Source: Candidatus Bathyarchaeota archaeon
GTDB lineage: Archaea; Thermoproteota; Bathyarchaeia; Bathyarchaeales; Bathycorpusculaceae
Assembly: GCA_963780185.1 (NCBI GenBank)
Contig: CAWABA010000006.1
Span: forward strand, 192,001 to 256,000
DNA: 64,000 bases
Direction: 5' to 3'
Shown here: positions 1-10,788 of the stretch, piece by piece
Layout: every line of letters begins with the position of its first letter
Position numbering within the stretch: the first letter of the stretch is position 1
Program-made: the position numbers and the translations under genes
The notes under the pieces: model-generated
What the model saw: the letters and a program-made list of their open reading frames with translations, nothing else
What the model was told of the DNA's origin: nothing
Database searches by the model: none

Positions 1-527
1 CCGATTTTGAACCCCCTCTTCTTCGCCCTAACCAGGAGCTCGCCGCCGAAGGTTTCGCCGCCCTGCAAGGTTAGACCTTCGAGGGTTTCTTTTTTGTAGG
101 CTCTAAAGTTTGAGTAAAAATCTGAAACCCCCAATTTTTTACCCAGCGTCTTTGAAGCAAACCTCTCAGAAAATCTCGGAACAATTGTTCTTGAAGCCAC
201 AGCCAAGTCAACTTGGTCAAGTTTCTGTAATAATGCCGGGATAAATTCCGGATCATTTTCTAAATCCGCGTCGATCGTCACGATTATTGGGAACTTTGCT
301 AGCTTCATCCCGTATAGCAAACCTTTGGTTTGTCCTTCACGAACCTTAGAAACCGCCCTATCCGCGACGCGCCTCGCAACCTCTAAAGTCCCATCGGAAG
401 AGCTGTCATCGACAACTATCATTTCGTGGGGAACGCCCTTCAGCGCGGACCTGACTCTGAGGATTAGCTCCTCAATGTTTTCTCTCTCATTCCAAGTGGT
501 AGTAACCACGGATACACCCCGAACCAT
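1..527 (-). CDS. Glycosyltransferase family 2 (dolichol-phosphate mannosyltransferase-like), truncated by window edge
   Basis: Manual minus-strand translation from ATG at 527: MVRGVSVVTTTWNERENIEELI...IVVDDSSSDGT...TIDADLENDPEFI, i.e. GT2 DDxSxDGT and DxD motifs; RBS-like AGGTGG upstream; not in ORF track. Confidence 0.85.
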   Translation of the reverse strand, partial: MVRGVSVVTTTWNERENIEELILRVRSALKGVPHEMIVVDDSSSDGTLEVARRVADRAVSKVREGQTKGLLYGMKLAKFPIIVTIDADLENDPEFIPALLQKLDQVDLAVASRTIVPRFSERFASKTLGKKLGVSDFYSNFRAYKKETLEGLTLQGGETFGGELLVRAKKRGFKI

Positions 528-830
528 TTCGCCACCTGTGCCCATAAAAGCCAATAGCTAACCAGCCGCTATTAAGCTAATTGACCAACAACACGATAAA
601 AAAAAGATCCTGCTTGGGACATCAACCGCAAGAAACCTAAAACGCTAAGCCAAATGATCATCCCAAAAAAGCCGCCGTCCGAAACCGCCCATAACCGACA
701 ATATTCGACAATGCCTTCAACATGGGGTCAACATGGAAAGTCGCAATCCGCCCATCCCAAAGTCGCAACGAAAAAGCAGAAACCAAGCCTAAACCAAAAA
801 AGCAACCCAAAACACAAAAAGCCAACGCGG

Positions 831-868
831 AAAGTCTCAACTTTCACCAAACCAAAAGTCTCAACTTT
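831..868. promoter_or_regulatory. Tandem palindromic operator-like element (AAAGT-CTCA-ACTTT x2, 24-bp period) upstream of tuf
   Basis: AAAGTCTCAACTTT at 831-844 and 855-868; same pair with same spacing at 57855/57879. Confidence 0.6.
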
Positions 869-970
869 AATTTTTTTAGGCAAATCAGACGCACAAACTT
901 AAAATAATTGGGTGAACTGATGTGTTAACGAATTCCAAAATTAGGGTAAGATTAATAGAGGAAAGAAAAA

Positions 971-2275
971 ATGAGCAAATCAGATAAACCCCACTTAAAC
1001 CTCATCATCATGGGGCACGTTGACCACGGAAAATCAACAACTACAGGTCACCTTCTTTACTTAGCAGGCGCAATCGACGAGCGGACAATCAAAGCCTTTG
1101 AAGAAGAAGCCGAAAAAATGGGCAAAGGCACATTCAAGTACGCTTGGGTACTCGACAACCTCAAAGAAGAACGAGAAAGAGGAGTCACAATTGACCTCCG
1201 ATTCTTGAAATTCGACACCAAGAAATTCAACTACACAGTCATCGACGCACCAGGCCACCGCGACTTCGTCAAAAACATGATTACAGGCGCAAGCCAAGCA
1301 GACGCAGCAGTTCTTTTCTGCTCAGCCAAAAAAGGCGAGTTCGAAGCAGGCATCGGACCAGGCGGACAAACAAGGGAACACGCATTTCTAGCATTCACTT
1401 TAGGCATACGTCAACTAATCGTCGCAGTAAACAAAATGGACGACATCTCCGTCAACTACAGCAAAGAACGTTACGAAGAAATAAAGAACGAAGTTTCAAG
1501 AATGCTCCGCATGGTAGGCTTCAAAATCGAAAAAATCAACTTCATACCCGTCTCAGGCTGGACCGGCGAAAACCTCATCAAGAAAACCGAAAAACTTCCA
1601 TGGTACACAGGTCCAACTTTGATCGAGGCATTAGACCTTCTCGAAGTCCCAGCTAAACCAACTAACAAACCCCTACGCGTTCCAATTCAAGACATCTACA
1701 GCATCACAGGCATCGGCACAGTTCCAGTAGGCAGAGTCGAAACAGGCACCCTCAAACCAGGACAAAACATCATCTTCATGCCAAGCAACAAGACAGGCGA
1801 AGTAAAATCAATCGAAATGCACCACACAATGATTCCAATCGCTGAACCAGGCGACAACATCGGCATGAACGTTCGAGGCATCGCAAAAGCAGACATTCAC
1901 CGAGGAGACGTAGCAGGACCAGTCGACAACCCGCCAACAGTGGCTAAAGAATTCATCGGCCAAATCATCGTCATCTACCACCCAACAGCCATCGCAGCAG
2001 GATACACACCAGTACTCCACTACCACACAGGGCAAATCGCAGTCCGATTCACCGAACTCGTCAAGAAAATCGACCCACGCACAGGCCAAGTAACAGAAGA
2101 GAAGCCAGCGTTCCTCAAAACAGGAGACGCAGCATGGGTAAGAATGGAACCGCTACACCCGATCGCAGTCGAACAATACACTGACTTTCCAGAGCTAGGA
2201 CGCTTCGCAATCAGAGACATGGGCACAACCGTAGCTGCGGGTGTCATCAAAGAAGTAACCAAAAAGGGACCATAA
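971..2275 (+). CDS. tuf: Translation elongation factor EF-1alpha
   Basis: [28 protein letters not shown]; 434 aa archaeal EF-1A. Confidence 0.99.
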   Translation: MSKSDKPHLNLIIMGHVDHGKSTTTGHLLYLAGAIDERTIKAFEEEAEKMGKGTFKYAWVLDNLKEERERGVTIDLRFLKFDTKKFNYTVIDAPGHRDFVKNMITGASQADAAVLFCSAKKGEFEAGIGPGGQTREHAFLAFTLGIRQLIVAVNKMDDISVNYSKERYEEIKNEVSRMLRMVGFKIEKINFIPVSGWTGENLIKKTEKLPWYTGPTLIEALDLLEVPAKPTNKPLRVPIQDIYSITGIGTVPVGRVETGTLKPGQNIIFMPSNKTGEVKSIEMHHTMIPIAEPGDNIGMNVRGIAKADIHRGDVAGPVDNPPTVAKEFIGQIIVIYHPTAIAAGYTPVLHYHTGQIAVRFTELVKKIDPRTGQVTEEKPAFLKTGDAAWVRMEPLHPIAVEQYTDFPELGRFAIRDMGTTVAAGVIKEVTKKGP

Positions 2276-2276
2276 A

Positions 2277-2302
2277 CCCCTTCCACTTTATTTTTTGTTT
2301 TC
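2277..2302 (+). terminator. Pyrimidine/T-rich archaeal terminator after tuf
   Basis: CCCCTTCCACTTTATTTTTTGTTTTC directly after the stop codon. Confidence 0.5.
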
Positions 2303-2480
2303 AAACCTACATATTTAGATTTTTTAGTTTTAGTCAGGACGTTATTTGTTTAGGTAAACGTTATGTTTGCTCAATTTTAGGCTGTTTTAACTGTGCTTGA
2401 TTCTTAGTTGTTGTAGTCTCAATACAGTCACAAGTGCGTATATGCTTTGTTGATGAATGCCTCTACTAAGGTGAGAGTTA

Positions 2481-2648
2481 ATGGAATACCATACAGAAAA
2501 CTCTATCCTAATGCAGAAAAACTTTCAAGAGAGGTCAAAAAGAGAGCGACTTAGGGGAAGGCTCGCAATTGTTTCGCTCAAAGATGTACCACTTGACGTA
2601 AGGCGTAGAGAAGCAAAACAGCCTCTATTCCTGATTAGATACGAATAA
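2481..2648 (+). CDS. Small basic hypothetical protein (55 aa), below ORF-track cutoff
   Basis: MEYHTENSILMQKNFQERSKRERLRGRLAIVSLKDVPLDVRRREAKQPLFLIRYE; RBS AAGGTGAG just upstream; TATA-like GTATATG at ~2438. Confidence 0.55.
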   Translation: MEYHTENSILMQKNFQERSKRERLRGRLAIVSLKDVPLDVRRREAKQPLFLIRYE

Positions 2649-2810
2649 AATCACTATTTGTCACTCCGAATGGCTTTCTATTTTTTATTGCTTTATCGGA
2701 GATTTCTTTCCAGTTGCGCCAACGTAGATTCATTGCGCCTGGTTGGCGGCTTATCAGGCATGCGGTTGATTTTTATACTTGATTCTTTCAAAGAAAAGCA
2801 GGTGTTTGAG

Positions 2811-3527
2811 TTGTTCAGAAAAAGCAAAGCTGACGGAATCCGTGCGTTCTTTTCCGCTCCTTTGCAGAAGAATCAAATCGCCCTGTACTATTTTGGCGTA
2901 TCAGGGTTCATCATAAGAAGCATAAATCACTCAGTCCTAATTGACCCCGCAGGCATGCTCAAAGGCGACGAGATTGACGCCCTAAAAGGTGTTAATCTGG
3001 TTCTTTTTACCCATGACCATTTAGATCATTTTTCATCTGGAAAAACACAGGGCATCTTCAAAACCGCCGTCGCCCCGATTCTTGCTGAAGCTAAAGTAGC
3101 TGGGAAACTTGAGGGAAAAATACCTGCTGACAAACTTGTAAGCGCCGAAAACGGCAAAAACTACAGTTTAGGCGACGTCAACGTCACGGCGATTCAGGGA
3201 ATCCACCGTGGACCAATAATGCTTTACCAGATAGAAATGGACGGCGTAACGGTTTTCCACGGGGGCGACTCAGGGTATGTCAGCCTCAAAGACTTTGCCT
3301 CTCAGGTGGCGATTGTTCCTGTTGGCCGTATGTCTCCGACGGCTTCGCCTGAAAACGCCTACAAAATGGTGGCTGACGTTAAACCCGACGTTGCAGTAAC
3401 CATGCATGGGTCCGACAAACAGAAACAGCAGTTCGAAGCAAAAGTCAAAGAAACAATGCCGCAAACGGCAGTTTACATTATGGCGTCGTTCACGGCGAAA
3501 ACTGTGTCGCTTCCGATAAAGCCTTAG
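2811..3527 (+). CDS. MBL-fold metallo-hydrolase (UlaG/Lactamase_B_3-like)
   Basis: THDHLDH, HGGDSG and MH motifs; start moved to TTG 2811 after RBS AGGTG. Confidence 0.85.
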   Translation: MFRKSKADGIRAFFSAPLQKNQIALYYFGVSGFIIRSINHSVLIDPAGMLKGDEIDALKGVNLVLFTHDHLDHFSSGKTQGIFKTAVAPILAEAKVAGKLEGKIPADKLVSAENGKNYSLGDVNVTAIQGIHRGPIMLYQIEMDGVTVFHGGDSGYVSLKDFASQVAIVPVGRMSPTASPENAYKMVADVKPDVAVTMHGSDKQKQQFEAKVKETMPQTAVYIMASFTAKTVSLPIKP

Positions 3528-3628
3528 CTTGCAAAATAGGCGAGTGGCTGTTTCCTTCAGGTTTGCGGCTGCCTGAGCGCAAGTGAAATAAGCTTGCGTT
3601 TGCGGTATCGTATTTTAAGGTTGAAGTT

Positions 3629-4352
3629 ATGTCTGGAGCAGAAACGTTGCTTCCCTACGTGAACGAAAAGAAGAAGCCTGGCGAAGAACCCACCATCATC
3701 ATTGACAGCCGCGAAGCCAGCAGCGCATGCAAAGATTGCGAACGGCTTAGTTGAGCGCGGCGCAAACGTTCAGAAGCAGATGCTGGAGAAAGGCGACTAC
3801 GTGCTTTCTGATCAATGCGCGGTTGAACGCAAAACCGTCAACGACTTCGTCTACACCCTGACCAGACGCTACCTTTTCGAGCAAATCTTCACCCTAAAAG
3901 ACGCCTACCCGAAGGCCCTCATCGTCTTGGAGGGCTATTTGCCGATAATCTACAAGTACAGCAACATCCAGCCTAACGCGGTTTGGGGCGCAATGTTTAA
4001 TCTTGCAAAGAACGGCATAGCGATAGTTAACACGTCGAACCAGAAGGAAACAGTTGATTTCCTCTACACCGCAGCTAAACAGGAGCAGGTTGTGGACAAG
4101 AGAAGCCCAGTGGTTCATGCGTTCAAGAAATGCGACACGATTTCTGACGCCCAAGTCTACCTAATAGCCAGCTTACCAAGCATCGGCAGAGAAAAAGCAG
4201 AAGCCATCCTTGAATCCTACCAGACCCCGCTGAACGCGCTGATCAACGCAGATGACTGGACAAAATCCGTAGATGGGTTGGGACCCGTCATAACCAACAA
4301 AGTCAAAGAAGTCCTAAGCACACCCTACAACAAAAACTGCACCGATACCTAA
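3629..4352 (+). CDS. xpf: XPF/ERCC4-type structure-specific endonuclease (short form) with C-terminal HhH; frameshift near 3725
   Basis: N-terminal frame ...TIIIDSRE from ATG 3629, continuing in track frame GDYVLS...VERKTVNDF; HhH LPSIGREKA and VDGLGPVIT. Confidence 0.85.
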
Positions 4353-4766
4353 AAAGAAAGCCAATTTTCAAACATACGCCATCTCTACATTGGTTTTTTG
4401 ATGTAAAAATGTGGTACCCCTGTCGTGTAGGCGGCTAGTTGTCTAAGATTGTTTTGGGTTGATTTTTGGGTTTGGAGCGTGAAATTAAGCCATTTGGGAG
4501 CCAATAATTGGTGGAATCGAGTTGAATGTCTTTTTTCTCAGAAATTCATGCGGCGGCTGATTTTGCATCTGTGGCGGCACGGCAAAAGAAAAAATCTGGT
4601 TGACGCATGGATTTTTGAGCCGAGAAAAATAGCTGCCGCTTACCTTTTTTCTGCATGTTAGTGCTTATATGCTTTTGTTGTTGCCAACTGACTGTAACAC
4701 AATTTTAATAGAGACAAGTTAGCACTACATATTCAAGCTGAAAAGCAAATCTTAGAGGCTTCTTTT

Positions 4767-4964
4767 ATGGAAACAATCTTGGATAAAATCAACAAAAGAC
4801 AAAAACCCACAGAAAATTTTAGTACCAGCGGATACCTGCCAAGAGTGTACGATGTAAGGTCCCCCTGCCAGTGGCTAGACCATTGCAACGGCGGCAAGTG
4901 CCCAGCATTCACGAAGATCAACGGAAACTTTTACTGCGCACAAGCAAAACAAAACCACAGCTAG
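4767..4964 (+). CDS. Small Cys-rich hypothetical protein (possible metal binding)
   Basis: 65 aa with CQWLDHC-NGGK-CPAF...FYC; upstream TATA-like CTTATATG. Confidence 0.55.
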   Translation: METILDKINKRQKPTENFSTSGYLPRVYDVRSPCQWLDHCNGGKCPAFTKINGNFYCAQAKQNHS

Positions 4965-5029
4965 CAACCCTAAATTTTCTGCACCGACAGGTTTTTTGCA
5001 CAAATCCAAAATTCAAAGGTTAATCAGCG

Positions 5030-5947
5030 TTAGCTCTTCAGCATGGCCAAGGCTTCTTTGACCACGGCAACGGACTTTGCGAAACGCTCCTGTGACTGGC
5101 TGCCCAGTTCAAGCTCGATTATTTTTTCGATGCCTTCTCTGCCCAAAACGACTGGCACGCCGATTGAAACATCTGAGGCTCCGTATTCCCCGTCAAGGCA
5201 AGTTGACACACTCATAACCCTGTTTCTGCCCGTTAAAATCGCGTCAGCCGTGGTGGCGATGACGGCGCCTGGAGCGTAAATTGTTGAGCCCTTAAGCTTG
5301 ATTACATCTGCGCCCGACGTTACGGTTAGATGGACGATTTTTTCAATCTGCGCCTCGGTCAGAAAATTCGTTATGGGAACTCCTGAAACTGAGGCGTACT
5401 CGACAAGCGGAACCATCGAATCGCCATGTTCTCCTATCACCAATGCGCTGGTGTCTTCTCGGGAGACATGTAGTTCATCAGCGATGTAGGTTCGAAAGCG
5501 CATGGTGTCAAGGATGTTGCCCATGCCGAAAAGGCGGCTCCGCGGGAAACCTGACTCTTGGAAAGCCACATAAGTCATTATGTCCACGGGGTTAGTAACA
5601 ATCATAAGCTTGCATTCTGGCGCGTACTTGACAACTTCCTTGACGATAGACCGCATTATCCCCGCGTTGGTATTCATCAAGTCAATGCGCGTCATGTCGG
5701 GTCTTCTGCCGAGCCCAGCAGTCACAATCACAAGGTCCGACCCCCGCATCGCAGAGTAATCGCCGGTTCCAGTGATTTTGCCGTCGAACTCAATGGCGGG
5801 CGCAGCCATCATCATATCCAAAGCTTCCCCCTTCGCCTGATTCTCGTTAGAGTCGATTAGGACTACGTCGCTTATTTTGTAACGTAAAATTTCAAACGCA
5901 GCTGTGCTTCCCACTTTACCCGCACCAATAACAGTAATCATTGTCAA
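5030..5947 (-). CDS. mdh: Malate dehydrogenase (LDH-like family)
   Basis: GAGKVG Rossmann motif, RRPDMTRIDL substrate loop, NPVD, LDTMRF, GEHGD. Confidence 0.93.
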   Translation of the reverse strand: MTMITVIGAGKVGSTAAFEILRYKISDVVLIDSNENQAKGEALDMMMAAPAIEFDGKITGTGDYSAMRGSDLVIVTAGLGRRPDMTRIDLMNTNAGIMRSIVKEVVKYAPECKLMIVTNPVDIMTYVAFQESGFPRSRLFGMGNILDTMRFRTYIADELHVSREDTSALVIGEHGDSMVPLVEYASVSGVPITNFLTEAQIEKIVHLTVTSGADVIKLKGSTIYAPGAVIATTADAILTGRNRVMSVSTCLDGEYGASDVSIGVPVVLGREGIEKIIELELGSQSQERFAKSVAVVKEALAMLKS

Positions 5948-6138
5948 ACACCTAATTTTTGATACATAATTTGCGTCTTTTCAATTGCAAAAAGACCTAT
6001 CATAGTCCAAAGCCGCTTAGAATAAATCTCTTACTCAATATGCTTCTCAACCCTTTAGGAAATTCATAAAAGACTTGCAAAACTGAAAACTTACAAAGCA
6101 AAAATTTGCCATCCTGTCTAATTTGGTGAATAGATGGT

Positions 6139-6591
6139 TTATTTTACTATTATGACTGTGCAGGGTGCTGAATGCGCTACTTTTTCGCTTATGCTGCCGA
6201 GGAAACGTTCCTTTGTCTTGCCTAACCCACGGTGCCCCACCACTGTAACGTCAAAGCGTCCTTCCTTGGCGGTGTTCACGATTGCGAAAGCAGCGTCTCC
6301 CGCCTTCGCCAAGGACGAAACCGCCAGGTTGGGCTTAATTGCCTTGGCATGGTCCGTGTATTTGCGTAAAACCTCGGTTTGAATCGCCCTCAAATCCTTT
6401 GTGACGATAGCCGCGTTGCCGCTTGGGTAAGACCCTGTCTCTTGAGGCGCCGCCGCCATCACAACCGACTCAGAAACATTCAAGACCGTGAGGGACGCGC
6501 CGAATTTCTCAGCAAAATCCAAAGCCAAATCAAACGCCCTGTCAGAGTTCTCAGACCCATCAACAGCCACCAAAACACTCTTAATCAACAA
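6139..6591 (-). CDS. Universal stress protein (UspA family)
   Basis: KSVLVAVDGSENS...VVGHRGLG...FLGSISEKVAHSAPCTVIIVK; start moved to TTG 6591 after GGTGAGG. Confidence 0.92.
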   Translation of the reverse strand: MLIKSVLVAVDGSENSDRAFDLALDFAEKFGASLTVLNVSESVVMAAAPQETGSYPSGNAAIVTKDLRAIQTEVLRKYTDHAKAIKPNLAVSSLAKAGDAAFAIVNTAKEGRFDVTVVGHRGLGKTKERFLGSISEKVAHSAPCTVIIVK

Positions 6592-6797
6592 AGACGCCTC
6601 ACCCTTAATTTCTTCGAAAGAGCCATTAAACTTTTCCCCAAGCCGCAAACTTGCTGAGCCTCGAATTTGGCTTTGCTTGACTGGGGATGTTGGTTTGTCG
6701 TCACCGATTTCTTTAAACATTATAAGTGTAAAGTGCTAATATACGTAAATCATGCGGTGGGGTACCAATAAATAAGCATATCCAAATTCCAGTATCC

Positions 6798-8411
6798 ATG
6801 CTTATTATTGCACTAATAGTTCTGCCAGCCTTCAACTTACCCCATGCAAACGCTCAAGCAAGCCAAAACCAAGATTCATGGGCTTCCCTCGCATCAATGC
6901 CCACAGCCCGAGGAGGATTAGGCGTCGCGGTTGTTAACGGAAAAATCTTTGCAATCGGAGGCTTTGACGGCAATTCACCCCTCAGCGTCAACGAGGAGTA
7001 CACACCTGGTACAGACATGTGGACTACTAAGTCGTCGATGCCGACGGCTAGAAGCGGCTTCGCAATCGCCGTCTACAACGACAAGATTTATTGTATAGGC
7101 GGAATCGTCGGGACAATAGGCGGCACCAACCAGTACGTTGGAAACAACGAAGTTTACGATCCCTCGACAGATACTTGGCAAACAGAAGCTTCTATGCCTA
7201 CTCCCCGAGCTGACTTAAGTGCAAACGTGGTGAACGGCAAAATCTACCTTATAGGCGGAATGGAATATTCAGGCAAAAGCCCATTTTACGTTGAAGCAAA
7301 CATCAACGAGGTCTATGACCCAACCAGCCAACACTTGGACCACTGCAGCCGTCCATGCCGGAGGCTGTTTACGGCTACGCTTCAGGAGTAATCAACGGCA
7401 AAATACACGTTATCGGCGGCTCCAAAAGCCCGGGAACCGAAGGAACCGGCAACTTTGTCAATTCCAACCAAGCGTATGACCCCCAAAGCAACAGTTGGGG
7501 CTTAAGCGCAAACTTGCCTTCTGACGCAACCTTCGCCTCAGCCGCAGTAACAGTTGGTTTTATGGCGCCTTCTCTGCTGTACTCCATAGGCGGATTCAAC
7601 GAAAACTCCTTCAGCAGCACCGTGCAAGTTTACAATGCAGTCAACAACTCATGGGTCAACGGCGCCTCGATGCCGATTGCTCGGGCATACCTGGGCGTTG
7701 TCGCCGTAAACGACGTCCTGTACGCTGTCGGCGGATTCGACGGAACAAACTGGCTTAACACGGTTGAAAAATACACGCCGATGGGCTACGGAACAGCTCC
7801 ACCGACAATTCAAATAAACTCACCCGGCAACGAAACCTACTCCAAGGTAATCCTAAGCTACACAGTTAACAGGGACGCTTCCTGGGTCGGTTACAGCGTT
7901 GATGACACGGCGAACGTAACCGTCAAAGGCGAAATTGTAACTCTCCAACCTTACTCAAGGAGAACATAGCATAGTCCTCTACGCAAACGACAGCGCAGGC
8001 AACATGGGCAGCTCAAACAAAGTTTTCTTCTCAGTCGATTCTCTTCCCCCAGAAATCAACATGATAATGCCGCTTAACCAGTCCTACGGGTCCACTGACT
8101 TGCAGTTAACCTTCATCTTGAACCAGAACGCCACCTTCATGGCTTACAGCCTAGATGGGCAAGCGAACAAGACAATAGTTGGAAACGTAACCATAGCCGC
8201 CCTATCTAACGGTTCACACCACGTAACAGTCTATGTCGTGGGCGCGTATGGGCTTTCGAACTCAAAAACAGTTTACTTCAACATCGCGCCCTTCCCAACC
8301 CTAACCATCGTGGGGATTTCAGCTTCAATAATAATCGTGGTGGCGTCAGCATACCTGCTTTTGCCGAAAAAGAAAACAGTCAGCACCCCCAAACGAAAAC
8401 TACCCGTCTAA
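6798..8411 (+). CDS. Secreted Kelch-repeat beta-propeller protein with Ig-like domains and C-terminal TM anchor; split by two frameshifts (~7330, ~7945)
   Basis: Signal peptide; repeated MPTAR..GKIYxIGG..EVYDP..W Kelch units across ORFs 6798-7391 and 7355-7969; ORF 8004-8411 has YSLDG Ig-like domain, PFPT, TM and basic tail. Confidence 0.85.
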
Positions 8412-8489
8412 ACGGCGCCATTTCGCTGGGTCAAGACAATCCGAAAATTGATTACCTGCGGCGGAAATTAGAGCCAACAAATGCCACGC

Positions 8490-9604
8490 TTAGCTTGACT
8501 GGTTGTTTGTGGCGAGCGACTCTACCCATTTACGTTTTTCCCACAAAGCGCAGCCCTGAATTTCTTTGAGTTCCGCATGGTTTTCCCGAATTGTCTTAAG
8601 CATCTTGGACTGCAAAGCTTCCCGAAGCGGGATGTTTTTGAGGTTTGTGTCTGAGTAGGCGATGAATGGGCAAGGCTCCACGTTTCCTTCTGCGCTTATA
8701 TGAACGAATCCGCGTCCAGCTGAAAGGCATCCGCCGATTTCATCCTCATCCCACGGCAACGCGATGAAGAGAGCTGGGTATTTTTTGCGGAACCCGTTCC
8801 TTATAGGGATGACTCTGGCTTTTTGCTCCTCGGTGAGAACCCAATCTTCAGTTCCAGCCGTCACAGGAGTGTATTCGACAAGCATGAAGAATTTGCATCC
8901 TGCTTCGACAAGTTGCCCGATGAAGCCTTCGTCTGTCACCTCGTCGAAGTTGGTTCTTGTCATGGTTAAGGTTGCTCCCCAGAACAGGTCCGTCTTCTTC
9001 AGCTTAGCCATTGACTTAAGCAGTTGACTGTAGACTCCGCTGCCGCGTCTCCCATCCGTATCAACTTGGTACCCTTCGAAGCTGAGGAGGGGAACGATGT
9101 TTTTGTTTTTTGCCATCTGCCCCAGCACCGGGTCGTTAGCAGGAGCCCGTTTGTGAACATCAGAAACATTATTTCAGGCGTCTTCTTGGAGATGTCCAAG
9201 ATGTTGGGGCGCATGAGGGGTTCTCCGCCTGCAAGAACAATGAAAGAAATCCCGAGCTCTTTGGCCTCATCCACTAAACGCGCAATCCGTTCATCGCTCA
9301 TCTCAGCATCCGTCGTCGCCCGCAACGCGTGATGATAGCAGCCTTCGCAATGCAGGTTGCATTTGCTGGTTACGCTTATGACCAAGATGGGCGGCACATG
9401 GAGTCCTTCCAACTCCAGCTTCTGCCTCACTTTGGCTGCCTTGTTTTGCCACCGAAGCGTCCGCAGAAAGAAAACTGACTGCGTCGGGCTGGTGAGGGCG
9501 ATCCGCAAGGCATCCTTGTAAAAGACCCTTAAGGCTTGGTTGACGATTTTGTTAACGTTAAAGTTGAGGTTGTCTTCAGCCTGCTCAGTTTCACTCATGG
9601 TCAT
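8490..9604 (-). CDS. Radical SAM/SPASM-domain protein; frameshift near 9130
   Basis: CNLHCEGC, GGEP, FTNG in ORF 8999-9604; GCLSAGRGFVHISAEGNVEPCPF in ORF 8490-9128. Confidence 0.9.
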
Positions 9605-9708
9605 CGAAGCCTAAGCTGGGCGGTGCAGCTATTATATCTATGTGTTAGAGGAGGCTCACCTAAGTGTTAGAGTCAGTTTAGGATGCAATTTCATGCAGAT
9701 ACCGCGGT

Positions 9709-10404
9709 TTATTCGAGGATTATTCTTGCGTCGACGGTTTTTGCGCCTCTTTGGTAGGCGAGGACAGGGTTGAGGTCTAGTTCTTTGATTTCGGGGTTTT
9801 CTACTACGAGGCGTGAGGTGTTGACGAGTATGTCGACTAGGGCGTCGATGTCTGCGGGGGGTGTGTTGCGGAAGCCTTTGAGGAGGGGGTAGGCTTTGAG
9901 TTGGGTGATCATTTCTTTGGCGTCGTTGGCGGTTATGGGGGCAATTCGGAAGTTTACGTCTTTGAGAAGCTCAACAAATATTCCTCCGAGGCCAAACATG
10001 ATTGTTTGCCCAAACTGCGGATCCTTAATGGCGCCCACAATGGTTTCAGTTGACGAAGGAGCCATTTCTTGAACAAGGACACCGACGATTTTCGCGTTCG
10101 CATTGTATTTCTTGACGTTTTCCAAGATTTTTCCATAAGCGTTCTGCACGTCAACGCCGTTTTTCAGGTTAATCATAACGCCGCCCGCATCGGATTTATG
10201 GATAACATCAGGCGAAACAATTTTCAACACAACGGGATAACCGATTTCCTCAGCGAATTTCGCCGCTTGAGTCTCGTTCGTGGCAACCTTGAACTTGGTA
10301 ACCGGGATGCCGTACTCTTGACAGATCATTTTTGCTTCGGGTTCAAGAAGCGCTTTTCTGCCTTCTGCTTTAGCTTGATTAATGATTTTTGTGGTTTGCT
10401 TCAA
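9709..10404 (-). CDS. acdB: Acetate--CoA ligase (ADP-forming) beta subunit (ATP-grasp)
   Basis: GYPVVLKIVSPDVIHKSDAGGV, DPQFG, FGLGGIFVE, ELDLNP, VDARI; start set at TTG 10404. Confidence 0.92.
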   Translation of the reverse strand: MKQTTKIINQAKAEGRKALLEPEAKMICQEYGIPVTKFKVATNETQAAKFAEEIGYPVVLKIVSPDVIHKSDAGGVMINLKNGVDVQNAYGKILENVKKYNANAKIVGVLVQEMAPSSTETIVGAIKDPQFGQTIMFGLGGIFVELLKDVNFRIAPITANDAKEMITQLKAYPLLKGFRNTPPADIDALVDILVNTSRLVVENPEIKELDLNPVLAYQRGAKTVDARIILE

Positions 10405-10602
10405 GGTAATTCTTCCGTCAATGGGAGTCTTTCGTGTAGTGACATTACTCGTTGGTTTAAATTTCTTTTGTTCTTTGGGCAGGTTTTGGGTGGGGTGGGT
10501 TGGTGTTTTGGTTTGTGTAGTTGTGTTGAACACTTCGACATTAGTGTGTATTGAGACATAATATTTAATAGGTGAAAAATTGAACCCTAAGATAGACCGA
10601 CA

Positions 10603-10788
10603 ATGCCCAACCAAAGCCTAAAACAAAAACTAAACCAAACCTTCGCCAACCTAAAACCAAAGAAAAAACCCGCAAAAACACAAAAAGCGCCGCAAGAAAA
10701 CAAACCTAAAGAAAACAAAAACGAAAAATCCAAAAAGAAATTCAAGATGCCAAAAATGGGCGCCATCTTTCAAAAAGAAAATGCCTGA
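10603..10788 (+). CDS. Lys-rich ORF, probably the frameshifted N-terminal extension of the pilus ATPase
   Basis: Removing one base at ATCTTTCAAAAAGAAAATG gives ...IFKKKMPEQE in frame with 10781. Confidence 0.5.
   Translation: MPNQSLKQKLNQTFANLKPKKKPAKTQKAPQENKPKENKNEKSKKKFKMPKMGAIFQKENA

Noticed and set aside
831-868. CRISPR mini-array interpretation of the 24-bp-period repeats (also 28676 and 57855)
   Set aside because: Only two units, 13-14-bp repeats with 10-11-bp spacers, no cas genes
654-907. Lys/Pro-rich ORFs and their antisense ORF upstream of tuf
   Set aside because: Products of A/C-rich low-complexity intergenic DNA; no RBS or family motifs
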